Part shown: piece after piece, positions 36,794 to 51,100 of the stretch
Position numbering within the stretch: the stretch's first letter is position 1
How the letters are laid out: every line of letters starts with the position of its first letter
Assembly: GCA_032718475.1 (NCBI GenBank)
Contig: JAUCBJ010000180.1
Coordinates: 1 to 60,142 of the forward strand
Direction of reading: 5' to 3'
Origin: Nemertoderma westbladi
Taxonomy: Eukaryota > Animalia > Xenacoelomorpha
DNA length: 60,142 nucleotides
The notes under the pieces: generated by a model
What the model was told of the DNA's origin: nothing
Database searches by the model: none
What the model saw: only the letters and a program-made list of their open reading frames with translations
Program-made: the position numbers and the translations under genes

Positions 36794-39084
36794 TGTTAAA
36801 CTAGCGCGTCACCTATACTAACAGCAGAACTGTTGAACAGACAAATACCCGTATACTTCTCTGCCAACCTAATGAGTTCTCGCCTAACCAATAAGACACA
36901 AAGACTGCTCTACTGTTAAGTAAAAGGGATCAGGAGCGTGCTATTGCTAAAATGTAGGGCTGCTAAATACAAAACCGCTACTTACCGTTGGATGGCGCTA
37001 ATCTGCCGTCCGCTAATATATTTTACTAAATTTACACGGCTCCTGCAAAATCGCTTGTTCCTTTCTCTACCGATCGCTCGACAGAGAGCTAACTCTTCGA
37101 ATCTATAAGCCACGCGGGAATAACCAAAACAATAAACCCGAGTCGGCTCCCTAAGCTTACTTAAGATGAGTGCGAGAGGCTTTGCACTCAGAGTATTCTT
37201 ACGCCTAATTTTTACTACTGTTGAAATACGCTAATGCCTACGTCTTTTCTAATCGCGAATACTAGGGGTTCCCTAACGGAATGTGTGAATGCGAGAATAT
37301 TTAAAATAATCAAAATGGTACAGAACACTGTCTTTACGTGCGTAACACCGCTCTGGGTCTAAACTCGCCTGCAGCTGGCTTTAGGCCAGTAAACTACTAA
37401 TGCGTTTGCGTACTGACTACTGCAATCTAGCTTATTGCCCGCTAATTCAAATAACCGCTCAGCGTGAATAGTTTACGGTACTCTAAATTATTACCTTAGC
37501 TACTCTCCGCTATGCTGCGTACTAATTCTTAATTTTACTAATTAATTACAGTCACAAATATGTAACAGCGTACTAATTACTAAGAGTTCCAGAATGTGTA
37601 ATTCTAATTTATTACACAACAGGTTTCGCTAGTAATAGCCTAAAATGCCGTATTACTTTGACCTAATCAGTAATTATTTGTTGTAAACAAGAAATAGAAA
37701 TCAATCAATGAGAAAAAGGGCGCCTACCTAAGCATTCGTAATCATAGGCACACTTCAGTAACACACCAATCAGCATCAGCAATCACAGATCACAATAGTA
37801 CAACTTGCAATTATACAATCCGCAATTATATAATTCGCAACGTAATAGTTTGCAATTGACTGTAGGGTATGCAGGCCTCTCCCGGGTACATCTAGGCTTC
37901 CTAACTAACCCAATTCCTGCCCCCCTAATACTAAAATAGAGACAAAACCTGGATCATCAGCCCCCTAATTACCGTACCAGCGAGCGGTCTGTACACTACA
38001 ATGCGAATTGCCCGACCGCAACGGTGACCCCCCGCCAGCGTTACCCGCCTTTGAATCCTCCGCACTCCCTTCGTCGCTAACCCCCCGATGCGCCCACCGC
38101 CTACCGGCACCTTAGCCCTCCATTAAAATGAATAGATACCGTAGCGGCGCATGCAAATCACAACAGTCTGACAGTTTCAGAAATCCCGTAGGATTATTGC
38201 GTCGAAATGAATTACATAGAACCATTAACGAAAGAGGTAGAAATCATAGTTCCAGTTGTAATTAGCAGTAATCATTGGGATTGATTGAGAAACACAATTG
38301 AGAATAGTAGCACTAACGAATCATTTCAAGAAAATTGATCAAAAGGGTAGAAATGCAGAAAATACGCACAAATTGTACTCCTAAACTTAACACAGAATAA
38401 TGAGATTGTGGTGGTGTAAGGTTGAGATTGTTGTAAGATAGGGCTCTACCGGCAAACAGCCAATTTATAGGTGATCCGAGTGGGGTGATGCAATAGCTCT
38501 CTCATTGGCTCTCCAATCCGCGCTTATCATTAGACCAACCTGGAAGCAGTTAGTCCAATAAGAAAGCCGGATTGTAGCCCTATTGCCCCCCAAACCCACA
38601 AAACGTCACCATACAAGGTAATTTTGCCGATGCTTAATTTAGCGGTACTAATAACATGATGTACAAACATTAATTTAGCGCAATTATAGAAAATCAAACC
38701 CGTGATAGCTAGCCCATCAAGGCTAATAACAGCAAGCCCGAAATCCAGGGTCCAACTGAACTTGCTACCCTGGAACTATCTACTTATATCATATTACAAA
38801 ATTACATAGGTAGGGCTACATACTATACAAAATGGATGAATTCAAATATATGGGCGTTTCAATTTCCTTATCTAAATGTCACTGTGCTATTATGTCTTAT
38901 CTAAATAATTATATTGCATAACGGACTAATATTGCGTACAGTATAACGGGCTAATATATTATACTGTATAATGGACCAATATTTTATACTGTATAATGGC
39001 TAATAATGTGTACTGCATAATAATTAATATCGTGTATACAGTACAACGGCTAACAATGTGGATACAGCGCCATATACCGTAACA
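36794..39084 (-). repeat. 3' LTR of element 2 (2291 bp)
   Basis: In element orientation TGTTA...TAACA; about 99% identical by eye to 53495..55784; preceded by a short purine-rich GGAGCGG (weak PPT). Confidence 0.92.
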
Positions 39085-40940
39085 CCGCTCCAAGGGAAAT
39101 TATGCAATGTTTCCCTCCAACTGTAGAAGAGTATAGGGTGATGTATACAAACAAAATAAAATTCTTTCAAATAATCTAAATACTTGATACTATAAATTCT
39201 ACTATTTACAAAATATTGCCATAGATATTGCATAATGAATTGCATACAAATTAAATTTACAAAATAATATCTCTCTCACTGTTTAACGATTATTACATAC
39301 AAATTAAATTTACAAAATATTGTTTCTCGTTCGTTCTTACATAATGATTACTACATACAAGATCAAATATAAAAAATTTTGCTAGGGTAAGTGAAAGGAG
39401 TAAGCCAAACCCGCAGGTTTGTCTCCCCAATCACTTCCTTCGCCTCTCTCATAATATAACGCTTATGTCCTTCTGGGCTCCTCCCCGAGGCGCACCCACG
39501 AGGCGGACGCTTTTCCACAACCCCTGGGGCCAGTCCGACTGATGTTATTATTAGACCGGGCCGGGGGATGGCCCGATGCTTCCCGGGTTCAATTTTCAAT
39601 TCCCCGATCACACCAGCACAGCTCGTCGAACGTGTAGCCAGATGGGCGGCTACTGTCAACTTACTGTGGCCTGACTGTACATTGAGCCAACTCAGAGAGT
39701 CAACCGGCAGGTGGACCAGTCGATAGCGATTGAGCACCAAGGTCGCCCTTGGGCCTAACCGACGGTCTTGTCCCATGTGGGCTTGTGCTACCCAACATGG
39801 AATTTTGACTCGTTTTCACCTGCCTCGCCGGCAGTATTGAAAAACAATACTGTCTGTAGCTCAAAAGCTACTGAACAAGTAACCACTTACCAGTCACTGT
39901 ACACGTGTACTCAACAGATGTTCACAATATCAAGTACACAAATTGGACACATACCATGCACACACAGAGGACATAATCGGTAAAGAAAAAATCGGGGTCA
40001 AAATCGGGAAAGACAAAATCGAGAGGGAATAGTTGTATCGACTAGAGAGAACATTAGAGTCGAGAGTACCTTATTTTGCCGTCAGGGCAAAATAACTTTG
40101 TGTGCACAAAGGATGCTGGGGCGCAGTAAAATATGGTCCTACTAATACCAGTGGCGACTGAGCCAACTGGCAAGGTTTCCCACACTCACTCGCAGTGGCC
40201 ATACACACAATCACGTGTACTCACGTACCCACAGCAACAGAAAACTCAAAGGCCCAAACAAATCCCAAAAACCAATCAGCTGAACATGGAGACAATAACA
40301 TATAGTATCAAAAAAACGGAACAGTTGATGGCCAAAGGAACCCATACGAGCCCCAAGTAAACTGTCACTGATCGCCCACATACAAACCACAGTTCACACC
40401 ACATGAACCACAAATCACGCCATGCCACCACCCCTACTGTGTACAGGACTGGCAGTACGGCAACATGCCGACTAGACGGTACCATGGCACCATGGCAATT
40501 CATGGTTCGCTAGACACGAGGGCCTTCAGTGACTCCCTTGCACTATATCGTCAATTTAACGTGCCCCCAGACCCTCACGAGTCCGCCGCCGCCTGTTTTG
40601 AACACCCTTATAGAGACCTCACCTCTTTAGGTATTCAAAACGATATGACTAGTGTATATGAGTCTAGTTGAATATTTCCAAATGCTACAATATACATCAG
40701 AGCGACGATGATGTACATATCTAGAGTCTGTCGCCCCGTGCTATAAATGCATTATCGACCCGCTCCTGGGTTCTTTGGGCTCGCTACCCTCTTTCGCCCT
40801 CTTCCCAGATACACTAATCGTCCTCTGGTCGATTCTGTTGACGGCGTCCGTGAGGCGTCACTCCCCGGAACCGGCGACGATTTTCCCTGAGCCCCGACAG
40901 ATTCCCGGCTGGTACTTCTACCTCGGCCTCGTCCCGATTG

Positions 40941-43900
40941 TCATGCTCCTGTGGTCGCTTCCGCCAATTCTTCCTTCTGCAGTTGCACCCTTGCCTTCTC
41001 TGACGCTCCCTGCGCCTTGCATTGCAACCTTTGTGCCTCTATAATGGAGTGGTAGTGGTCGTCCTTGACCTGACGCTTGTCTTGGACCTCTCCTCCTGGT
41101 TCTCTCCGCGAGCCTTGAGCTCCAGCAGCTGTCGCTGTGGTCGCTGCGATTCTCTGCTCCTGTATCCTCTCAGCGGTCAATGACCCCACTGGTACATGAG
41201 TCAACAAAAACTCGTTGCGGTATTGTATAGCCGCCATCCTCCAATCCCCTCGCGCGCGTACCACCTTTCTAGTTTCCGAAAACAGACCTTTCGTAATCCG
41301 GTCGCAAATAGCAACGAAGTTCCAAGTATACTTGTTGTCCATATTCAACTGTCTGAAGTATTCTCGAACTACAATAACTCCAGTGTTTTGTGGAAGGTCT
41401 TGAGCGGTCAAGATGAGCTCCTGATATTGTGGCAAAGACTGTAAATACGGCTCATACGCGCGGTGAGATGGGTCTACTGCCCAGAATCCGTATCCCGCCT
41501 TAAATGGTAACTAACGCATCTGCGCTTGGATGTGGTAGTCGGCCACACCCTCCCACTTATCTAGCATCTCCCGAAGTAGGTTAGCGCTGTGGTTTTGGAA
41601 GGAATCATCTCGCAGCTGACATCTCGCGCTGCGATGTCCCTTTACCCCACAGTATCCGCATTGAGAAATGAAGATGGTGCACGTGTGAAACGAATGGTCG
41701 GTCTCATTGCACCAACGGCAGACCTTATGCGCCGCCTCTACTACCGCGTCGCACGATTTTTGATTGAGCCTTGTGCTGCCGCACAACTTACACCTACGCG
41801 CTTGTGGAAACCAGGCCCTCTCATATATGAGGTCTCCAATCGGTTTTGCACTTCCTTCTTTCCCAATGTCTAATACGGTTGTCGATCCGGAACAAAGTAA
41901 ACATCCTCGCCCTTGTCCTCTATCTCCAATATTTCCTCTCGTGTTCATTTCGGATATGTCTTCTCCACCGGAAGATCTACTCCGAACACCTCTACTAACG
42001 TCTCCGGCCAACCCTCCTTAACGGGTCTATCAGCCTCCGAGTGGAAGGGAGTACCAAACCCGCGGGTTTGATTCCCGAACCACTTCTCCAAGGCCTCTGG
42101 CGTCGGATACTCCATCGACGGTCGGTCTCCCAAATCTCCGATGTTCTGTCAATATACTCCTTCGAATATCGCTAATCCTCTCCTAACCATTGACGTATTC
42201 TCTAACGATTGGTTGAAGAACGGGGTTAAGAAATGCTTCATCACGTCGGATTGGATTCCCCCTTTCGAGCGAACGTATTGATCTCCTCCGAATACCAATG
42301 GATGACGCTTCAAAACTCGCGCAACAATATCCGCTAATAAACAAGTTACCGTGTTCGACTCAAGCACCAAATAATATTGTAGCGACGCATGGGGTGGCGC
42401 GCAAATGTTCCAATACACTAACGCTTGCCGCTTGAAGTGGGATTTGAACTCCGCTCCCGGTGGCGTGTTGTATTCACCATACGCCTCCTCGTACTTCTTC
42501 TGCGTCTTTAACTTAAAGTCCCAATTATACAACAAATGTGCTATGAAGCCCATACCAGTCTTGGCAGAGTTGGGATACTCCCTATAAATTCCAATATCCT
42601 GTGCCCATAGCAACAATAGATTGGTGTCGACAAACGGTCTCGGCAATCTATCTTCCAAATCAGTCATGGCGTTGAAGTCACTCTCCAAATCGCTCTGGAC
42701 TCCCGATCCCACCTTGACATAATCTTGGTTGAGAATAGCCTCTCTAACCTTCTTGGGTAGCATCCTGGCGTTGATACGCTCCGCTCCGTGCATACCTCCT
42801 CGCCTGCATACCTCCAAAATCTGTTCCCTAGGATCCTTCCCCTTCCGATATTGTGTCGTTATGATGGGCTCCGGTCTCTCTCGATCCGCCCTCACGCGCA
42901 TAAACTCATGAGTCACACCATCGGCTACGCGAATTTGAATGCACTTGCTAGTCAAACATTCTTGATGGGACCCTCCTTCATTGTCATAGAACATCACCCT
43001 CCAATCCTGCAGTGATTCCTCCGTTTTCCTCCACTGACGCTGAATCTCGTCTGATGGGGTCCACATGCGCTCAATAGCCTTGTGGTCATCATATCGGGTG
43101 TAAGAACCCTTCCTCCTCAGCCACGTCTGGTCTACCTCCTCGTCGTCTGGGAATGTAGCCACCGCGACCCATACTTTGATGTACTTGTCTAACCATCCAA
43201 ACAATTTGCTCTCCTTCCCCGGAGCTCCAATCTTGTCCAATGTGTCATAGTCCGTGATCTGCATCGGGACATCACGCAAGAACTTCGTGCATAAAACTTC
43301 CCGTAGACAGTCAACGTTCCAATGATCTGACATCCTCACCATCGGCAAGAATCTAATCGCTTCTCGCGACTCCGGATTATCTACCAATATCGCAGGTTCG
43401 TTGCCGTCGGAATAATACACCGGTCGGGGTTGAGATACGGCCTGTGGAACAAATCCGGTCACTCTCCTCGTCTCCTCCTGATGTCTATCCGTGGTCTTAT
43501 TATACTCCGCTATCCGCTTCTCGAATAACTCTTTCGCCTTCGCCGCTCGCTCCTCCTGCCGCAACGCGTCTATGTCGTCCTGATGCTCAGGCGTGAGGCT
43601 TCTCACTCGGTGAGGCGAAGTAAACGTAGTCCAGGGACTCGAGAGCTCCAAACCCGTGGGTTTGGTACCCGAGTCCCGTGCCGCTTCACGCCGCGCCTCT
43701 AGGTCCTTATAGGCTCGGTATAGCGAAATGGCTGCTGCCGTCTCTATCAAACTGGGTGTCGAACAGGGTTTAATCTCCGTATACGGATCCAATGTCGTAA
43801 CGGTCGGCGTAATGGGTCTTGGAGGTCGCTTTCCGCTGAAGTCGATACTGATCATCGGGTTGCTCATTGGGTAACCTCCCTCGTTGTATCTAAGGAACTG

Positions 43901-44437
43901 GTGAGCTTGACATCACGTTAATATCGGTTCTGGATGTTGCTCGTCCAGTCGGTCGGGAATCGACACGTCTTGTTTGTTCATGCATTCACCACACTTGTAA
44001 AACAGCTTGTACATGCTGAAGATCTTCGGCGTCTCTTGATCCTCGCCTCTAGTCCTCCGGTACAGATGCATTCCGTCGAACTGGTCTCGGACTGCAGGTA
44101 GAGGTTCTTCGTGTCGTAAATACATGTTCATATGGTACAGCCACGCGATCTCCTCATCCGGGTCTGCACTAATGTCACATACGTCTAAAGCGAAGTCGTA
44201 GGGATACCGAGTGCGATACTCTCTCCGCAAAACTTCCATACGGTCCCCCAACGTTCTCATTCTTTCCCTCCTTAGTTCCTTATCATACGCGGGTTTATAC
44301 TTTCCATTTAGCTCCATCACCGACCTCCCATGGTAGTAAACGTTCGAATCTTTACATCCCGGTCGCGCAAATGGTTACTCCGCCTCCTCTCTAGCAGTAA
44401 ATCCTCTCCGCGGTTGCGCTCTAATTTCCTTCTCCAT
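40941..44437 (-). pseudogene. Accessory ORF of element 2: DEDDy exonuclease plus zinc knuckles, broken into fragments
   Basis: ORF pieces 43913-44320, 42149-43867, 41945-42133, 41511-42011, 40941-41435. Motifs FYDNEG; LPKKVREAILNQDYVKVGSGVQSD; FVDTN; GMGFIA..WDFK; YLVLE; CKLCGS..C, CRWCNETDHSFHTC, CGYCGVKGHRSARC. Confidence 0.8.
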
Positions 44438-45192
44438 TATGCGCCGCGTATATACATATATATATCCAATAAGTGCCGTTACGTAACCAATTACACTATG
44501 GGAAAATCAGTTAGATGTCGTCGAAAGACAGACCTCCCGAACCCCCCCGCTGCCTTCCAGCAGTTCAGGTTCGACTGTCTAGATCCTGTCTCTTCCTAAC
44601 TATCCTCTAACCTATTCCCATGCATAGCGCAAAACTTTGGAGATAAACTGGCCGTGACCAACTCACTTTTTGATGCCCAAACTACTCCCGTTATTCGTAC
44701 TAAACTACAGTAGTTAGAAAGGACAATAGTCTTGATGTTCGACTATACCAAACCCACAGGTTTGATAATCAAACATCTCACTTCACTGCAAACTACTGAG
44801 TGGGGTCCGTGTACGCCTCTGGTGCTACTAACCTTTAGCACCCTAGTTGCACTGTTGGCACCAATCTGTGGAAGTTGCTAAACTCAATTTACACTCCTAC
44901 ATAATATAGCCGTCACCATGGTTTCTAAATGCTATTTTCCAGGCTTCACGACTTTTCAAATTACTGTATATCTATAGACGAATTCTAAAACGCGTCTATA
45001 CACAGCGTCTGGAATTGTCTTGGGTTCACTTCTAATTTTTTAAAATTTTCTAATTTTCCAAAATTTTTGAAAATAAAATTTTGTTTTGATACCCACCAGA
45101 CAAAACTCAACGCAAATCACCACAACCCCACTCCTATGCATTTCCTTGTATTTCCATACGAGGAATGCATACGAAGTGAGTTGCGTCTAACA

Positions 45193-48100
45193 CTAATTTT
45201 TATTTGAGGCAGGAGACAAATTATAATCTCCTGTCTCGATGCTTGTCTCTTCTAATAACACGATATCTTGGACCGGTCGGTCCAAGGTGTGTAAACCATT
45301 AGTTTTACACTTCTTTGGGTGCGGACACTTGCACCTAATTTTCACAGTGACTGTGCGCACTATGTTTTGCACATCTGGGTGTATATGCAAGATCACTCCC
45401 GTCTCCCAATATTTTCTCTTGACAATCGGTTCGGTTATCAATACGTAATCTCCCCTTTGGAGACTCCGAACCGTTTTGTACCACTTTGTTCTGGTAGATA
45501 TGGTGGGAAGATAGTATTCCCGCCAATATTCCCAGAATGTGTATGCGACTAATTGAGTCATTTTCCAGCTTTTACGACTATATAGGTCGGCACTAATGGG
45601 TTCTGATGCCGGCACAAGAAATGCTGGACTCTGCATTAGCAAATGATTCGGCGTTAATGCAACACCGTCTGGTAACATAGCTATCGGCCTCGAGTTTAGG
45701 GTATGCTAGATTTCGATGAAAGCTGTGACCAGCTCGTCGTCGGTAAGTTGTTTGTTCACAGGCAACGTTTTAGCAATAGCCTGCTTTACAGAGCGAACTA
45801 AACGCTCCCAACTTCCTCCTCTCCAAGGACTTTCTGGAGTATTAAATCTCCATTCTATTCTTTGCGGCAAAAGTGCTGCAGAGATTTCTCTATTCTGCGC
45901 CGCCCTATGAGCCGCGTTTAACTCGCTGTTCCCCCCGACAAAGTTTGTACCCTTATCGGAGTAAAACGCTTTTACTAGTCCTCTCCTGGCCATAAATCTC
46001 TTTAAGGCCAGGAGCAGAGATTTGGTCGACATGTCTGCCACACGCTCGATATGTATGGCTCTACTAGCCATGCATGTCAGTAGCAGACCCCATCGCTTGT
46101 GGATCAGCCGTCCACTCTTTGCCTCAATCGGACCAAAACAATCCACCCCTGTGTTCGTAAAAGGTGGGTCATATGCCTGCACTCTCGCTTCCGGGAGTTC
46201 AGCCATCTCCTGTTCCAATACTCTGGCGTTCACCCTCTTGCAAACCAGACAGGCGTCGTACATAGTGCCTACTGCCCTGCTTGGCTGCAATAGAATGAAT
46301 CGCTGTCTCGCCGTTGACAAACAGTGTAATTTTCCCGCGTGATGCAACCTCTTGTGTATATCCCATAGAATCGCTCTTTGCAATTCTATTGGGTGACTAG
46401 GGATTATCACTGGGAACCTAAACTGTGAGTTTATGTCGACAGTCTGGATTCTCGATCTATGACAAATTAAACCCTTATGGATTAATGGACTCCATTTTCT
46501 AAAGGGTTTATAGAGAACTGGTCATTGAGCCGATAATAGATAGAATTCTTTTGGGAAGGCACACATTTGATAATGTTTCAAATGCTTTAATTCCACTTGA
46601 TCAATCTCATCCTCTGTCAGAGGTTGTTTCAATTTTTGAATTCGCTCAATATTGGCGCTCGTTCGTTCTCCTAAATGTTCCGAATGTTTTATACAAAGGT
46701 ACGAAATGTATCGGCTTAACCACGCAGTTCTTTTACAAATTGTCAGCCAAGAGGCAGACGAATTTAGTAATTTGTCATAAATACTACATGGCTCTAATGC
46801 CAGCGACGGTTGTCCGCTAACTAATGGAAGTTTTGAATCCAAACCTGCAGGTTTTGAAACCAACGGCTCCATTGCGTCGGTCATTTTCTGTCCGTCACTT
46901 ACCAACTGTGACTCTGGTTTAGTCTGTAAGGGTGGTTTTATGTCATAACTTACCCTTCCTGACCTAGTAGTCACGTAAGTCTGTTGGTCTGACAGGTGTC
47001 CAGGCCGCTCCAATGACTCTTCAGGCCGCTCCAATGACTTAAGTTTTGCTTTAGACTTTGACTTAGAGACTTTCTCCACTTTGACTTCTGCATCTTCAGG
47101 CATCGGATTGGTCACTATCTTTAGTCGCTCTGGCCAATGTTCCTGTGTCCTCGTTAGAAAATCAGGTCCATGCAACCAAAACTCCTGCAACTCTTCCTGA
47201 CAGAATTCCGCCGGCATTGCACCTCTCGAAGTTATGTCGGCCGGGTTCAACACTCCCGGACAATGTCTCCATTGTTCCTTCGTCGTAAAGTCGACGATCT
47301 GAGCGCGTCTGTTGGCCACGAATGTCTTTAGTGCAATATTGTCGGCTGCAATGTATACTAACACCAAGGATGCGTCCGTCCAATAGAATAAGGTCAATGT
47401 CGTGTCTAACTCCTCTATTATCTGCTTACTTACCTCGACTGAAACTACAGCCGCCTGTAACTCTGCACGAGGGACAGTCATATATTTGACCAGCATTGTC
47501 TTGGATCTAGAAGTCACAAAGGCCGTCTCAAACCTATCTTGACTTACCTCTCGGCGAAGGTAGGCTACCATACCAAAGCCGGTGTCACTTGCGTCACTGA
47601 ATAAATGGAGTTCGAGATCAGCTGGAAATACCAGCTGATTCGGAAAGTAGGAGCGGGGTACATCTATGTTTTTCAATAGATGCAACTCGGCTTCCCACTC
47701 TCTCCACTGCTTTGCATGTATAGGAGATATTGGTTCGTCCCACTCTAAGTCGGACAACCAAATTTTCCTCATGCACGCTCGTGCCTGTAATATTACCGGA
47801 CTGATAAAGTTCATCGGGTCAAATAGTCTACTCAAAGTCGATAAGCAAATTCTCTTAGTCAAAACTTTGTCTGGGCTACTGGGCTCAAATCTAACTCTTA
47901 CCTGGAACTTATCTGAGTTCGGGTTCCAAGCGAGTCCCAGTACTCGCGCCATGGGAATGGGTTCCACCCCCAATTCAATGTCTCTGCTCCCGCGATCTTT
48001 TACCGGGAATGACTCTAATAGGGCCTCCGAATTAGTGGTGAACTTGGTCAGAGGGAAACCCCCTGTAGCCAAGCACTCCTGCTGGCCGTGAGCCACTTCT

Positions 48101-51100
48101 ATGGCTTGTTCCGCTGTGTCCTTGGACACCAATCCGTCATCCATATAGAAGTTTCTCAAGATGGACTCGATTACTTCTACTGGATACTTACCAATCTGGG
48201 CTGTTGCCGTTTTCTTTAAAACGAACAGCATGCCATTCGGACTATGGCGGGCGCCAAATATGCTAACGTACATTTGGTATGTAACCACTGGGCCGGATAA
48301 GTCTTCATTCTCATACCAGAGAAATCGAAGGCTATCCTGGTCTGCCTTACAGGCTCTTACCTGGTGGAACATCGCCTCGATGTCACAAGTAAATGCGAAT
48401 CGCCGCTGTCTAAAACGTAACAGTATACCTATCAAATAATTATTCAGGTTGGGACCATCCATCAACTCTGAATTCAGGGACATACCTCTATAGACTGCTG
48501 CGCAGTCATTGACTACTCGGACTTTGTCAGGTTTGTCAGGTCAGGTTAGTCACATAGTGGTGTGGAAGGTAATATGTCTGGTCTGTCACTAAGTCAGGGT
48601 CCTCTACCTTCCCAGCAAATCCCTTGGCGAAATAGTTGTTGATCTGGGCGCAATACTTCTCCCTAATGTCTGGATTCCTCAACAACCGAGCCCTTACTCG
48701 GTTTAATCTTTTCAAGGCTAAGCTGTAGTTGTTCTCCAACTTAGGAGGTTGTCGACGCCACAACATTCCAACTTCAAATGTCCAGTCGGTAGCAGACGTA
48801 TGGTATCTTCCATCATCTCCAGCGACCGTTTCTCATCAGTAGACATGGTTAGGTCATATCCACCGGGTTCCATTGCGTCCCTATCCAGCCATTCGACGGT
48901 TCTGGCTCCTGTCTCGAGGTCCTGGCGTATCAATTCCTTCTGTAGCTCCTTCTCACTGTATTGGAAGATGTCTAGGTCTCGATATTTAGCCACTTGACCC
49001 TCCACTATGTCGGTATAAGTCAAAACGTTAGTCAAATAGGTAGCGTGGGCCGCTGAACCAGACCCACGGGTCTGATAACAGTAGTCCTCGGGTTCACTAT
49101 CTGTCCGGTCATTATGAAGTGGTTCCGACAACCTAACATTATCGGGAATCAACTCCTCGTCCGACTCGCTAACGTCACTATAATGGTCAATACAGGTTCT
49201 CCTAAACTCGTCTATGTCTGGTGGTTCTACTAACGGTGGTTCAGTTATAGGCTGTAATTCGTCGTATCTATCTATTGGCTTGTTGCCACCTGTAAACTCA
49301 TAAGACATGGGTACTCGTGTATACCAACCTAATATAGTCCTATGGGCATGTGGTCCATTGACATGCGGCTCAGCTGGTCTCGTTTCCCATATTTGGTGTG
49401 CGATCAGCTGTTCTGCACCAATTAACATAGAAACATTCCTATAACCTACCTGGTGTCTTGGTACTCTGAGTTTGTCAAAATACTCCTGTGCTATGGGACT
49501 CATCGGCGGCACCTTACCTAACTGCCTGCCAAACCCCTTCCTAGCTAGACACTTAAATCCGTCCAATGGCAAAGCTCTCTGTTCTTGTCGAGTATGTTGG
49601 TCTCTCGGCAGTAGGGAATCTAGTTCTACAGATATCCTGTGTCCCTTGAGGTCACCTACCTCGTGCATAGACTTCAACTCTATTTGGATTTCCTCGGCGT
49701 CCTGGAAGCTAGAAACGGCTCTCGCCACTTCCTCGTCGATATATGATAATGTGGACGCAGTGTCCAACATCACATATATTCGCTTCGATCCCTTATTGCC
49801 AGTAAGTTTCACCGGAATCACGCTAAATATTTCCAACGTGGCCGATGATAAATACGTCCGCGCGCTGGTCGATGAACTGTAGCAAATACTGGTCTGAAGC
49901 AAATAGTTGAACTTCTCGTTGGGAGTAAAGGTGCTGTTGGTCAGCTGTTCATCGACATCGGTTTTAAACGTCCTCCAGTGCTTATGGTTGCCTATAAACT
50001 TCTGGGGTTGTTGCGTCGGCAGTCCTTGCCTGCAGCAAACTTACCTATGTCCCTAAGGGTTGCGTCATTCCGGGTTAACAAATGGTTTAGTTCCGCAGGG
50101 TTGTTAAGTCTGGTCCTTTCCCGGGGATTAAGACTTACCTGCTCCGCGTCCGTCCTTCTTTCCTTATAGTTTCGGGACTTCTGACGTCTCATGTCTTCCT
50201 CTTCATCGCTTGACTTGGTGTCAGTCCTTAGTGAAACCTTGGCAGGTTTGCGTGCCGAGTTCCTGACCCAAGCTTCCTGAATAAACCTTTCTGCCGAATT
50301 TTCGAAATTGGGATTATGGATATTCGGGACAGGCATCCTTACCTGAGGTCTATGTATAGTTGCCTCTGATATACGTACTCGTTGACTAGGTTGGACTTTA
50401 TCTAACTCCGGCCTGCTAGGATTTGAATTACTTCTTACCTGGGTTGCTTCCTTTAACTGTAGGTTACTAAGCATGTCCGTTATAGGTTGGATGTGCGGTG
50501 ATATAGCTTGCGCTAAACTGGCACTTAACTCACCCCTCGTAATAAATTCCTGGCTAGGGTTCTGTTGTATAGTCGGCTCTATCTGAGTAATCCGCTGTCT
50601 CTCATATGATCCCTCTTCCGGTTTAACCCAGAAGTTCTCCGTCGAACTGGGTCAGCGCTCCGTCCGCGTATTCCAAACCCGCGGGTTCGGTTCGCCAAAT
50701 ACTCGGCCCGTCGGAGTTTCTCCTCTAAACTCTCCGTTGTCACGTTCGGTATGTAGTGGTGCGGTGTTAGGATGACGTGGATCCTGCGCGATGGGTGAAG
50801 CACTAATACCAACTGGTGTGCGATATGTAGAGAACGGTTTAGCGATTCGTGTACTCGTAATAGCAGGACCGGGTATAGGAATTCTGGTCGTCGTCGACTC
50901 GCGTATAGTCGGAGTTCTCGCTTCCTGTTCGGCCTTCTGCAGTGCGAACAGTTCTCGCAACTCAGTACCTACACTCGCCCCACATTCTTCGATCATTTGC
51001 ATCCCCTTCTCGGCGATTTCATTCGCCTTCCTGGTCCGTTCTTCGCTCTCTAAATTTAATCTCGCACTTTCTAACTGCGCCAGTTTATGTTCTTCTTCTT

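Noticed and set aside
39363-40671. Short ORFs between the accessory gene and the 3' LTR of element 2
   Set aside because: No recognisable motifs and no counterpart in element 1.
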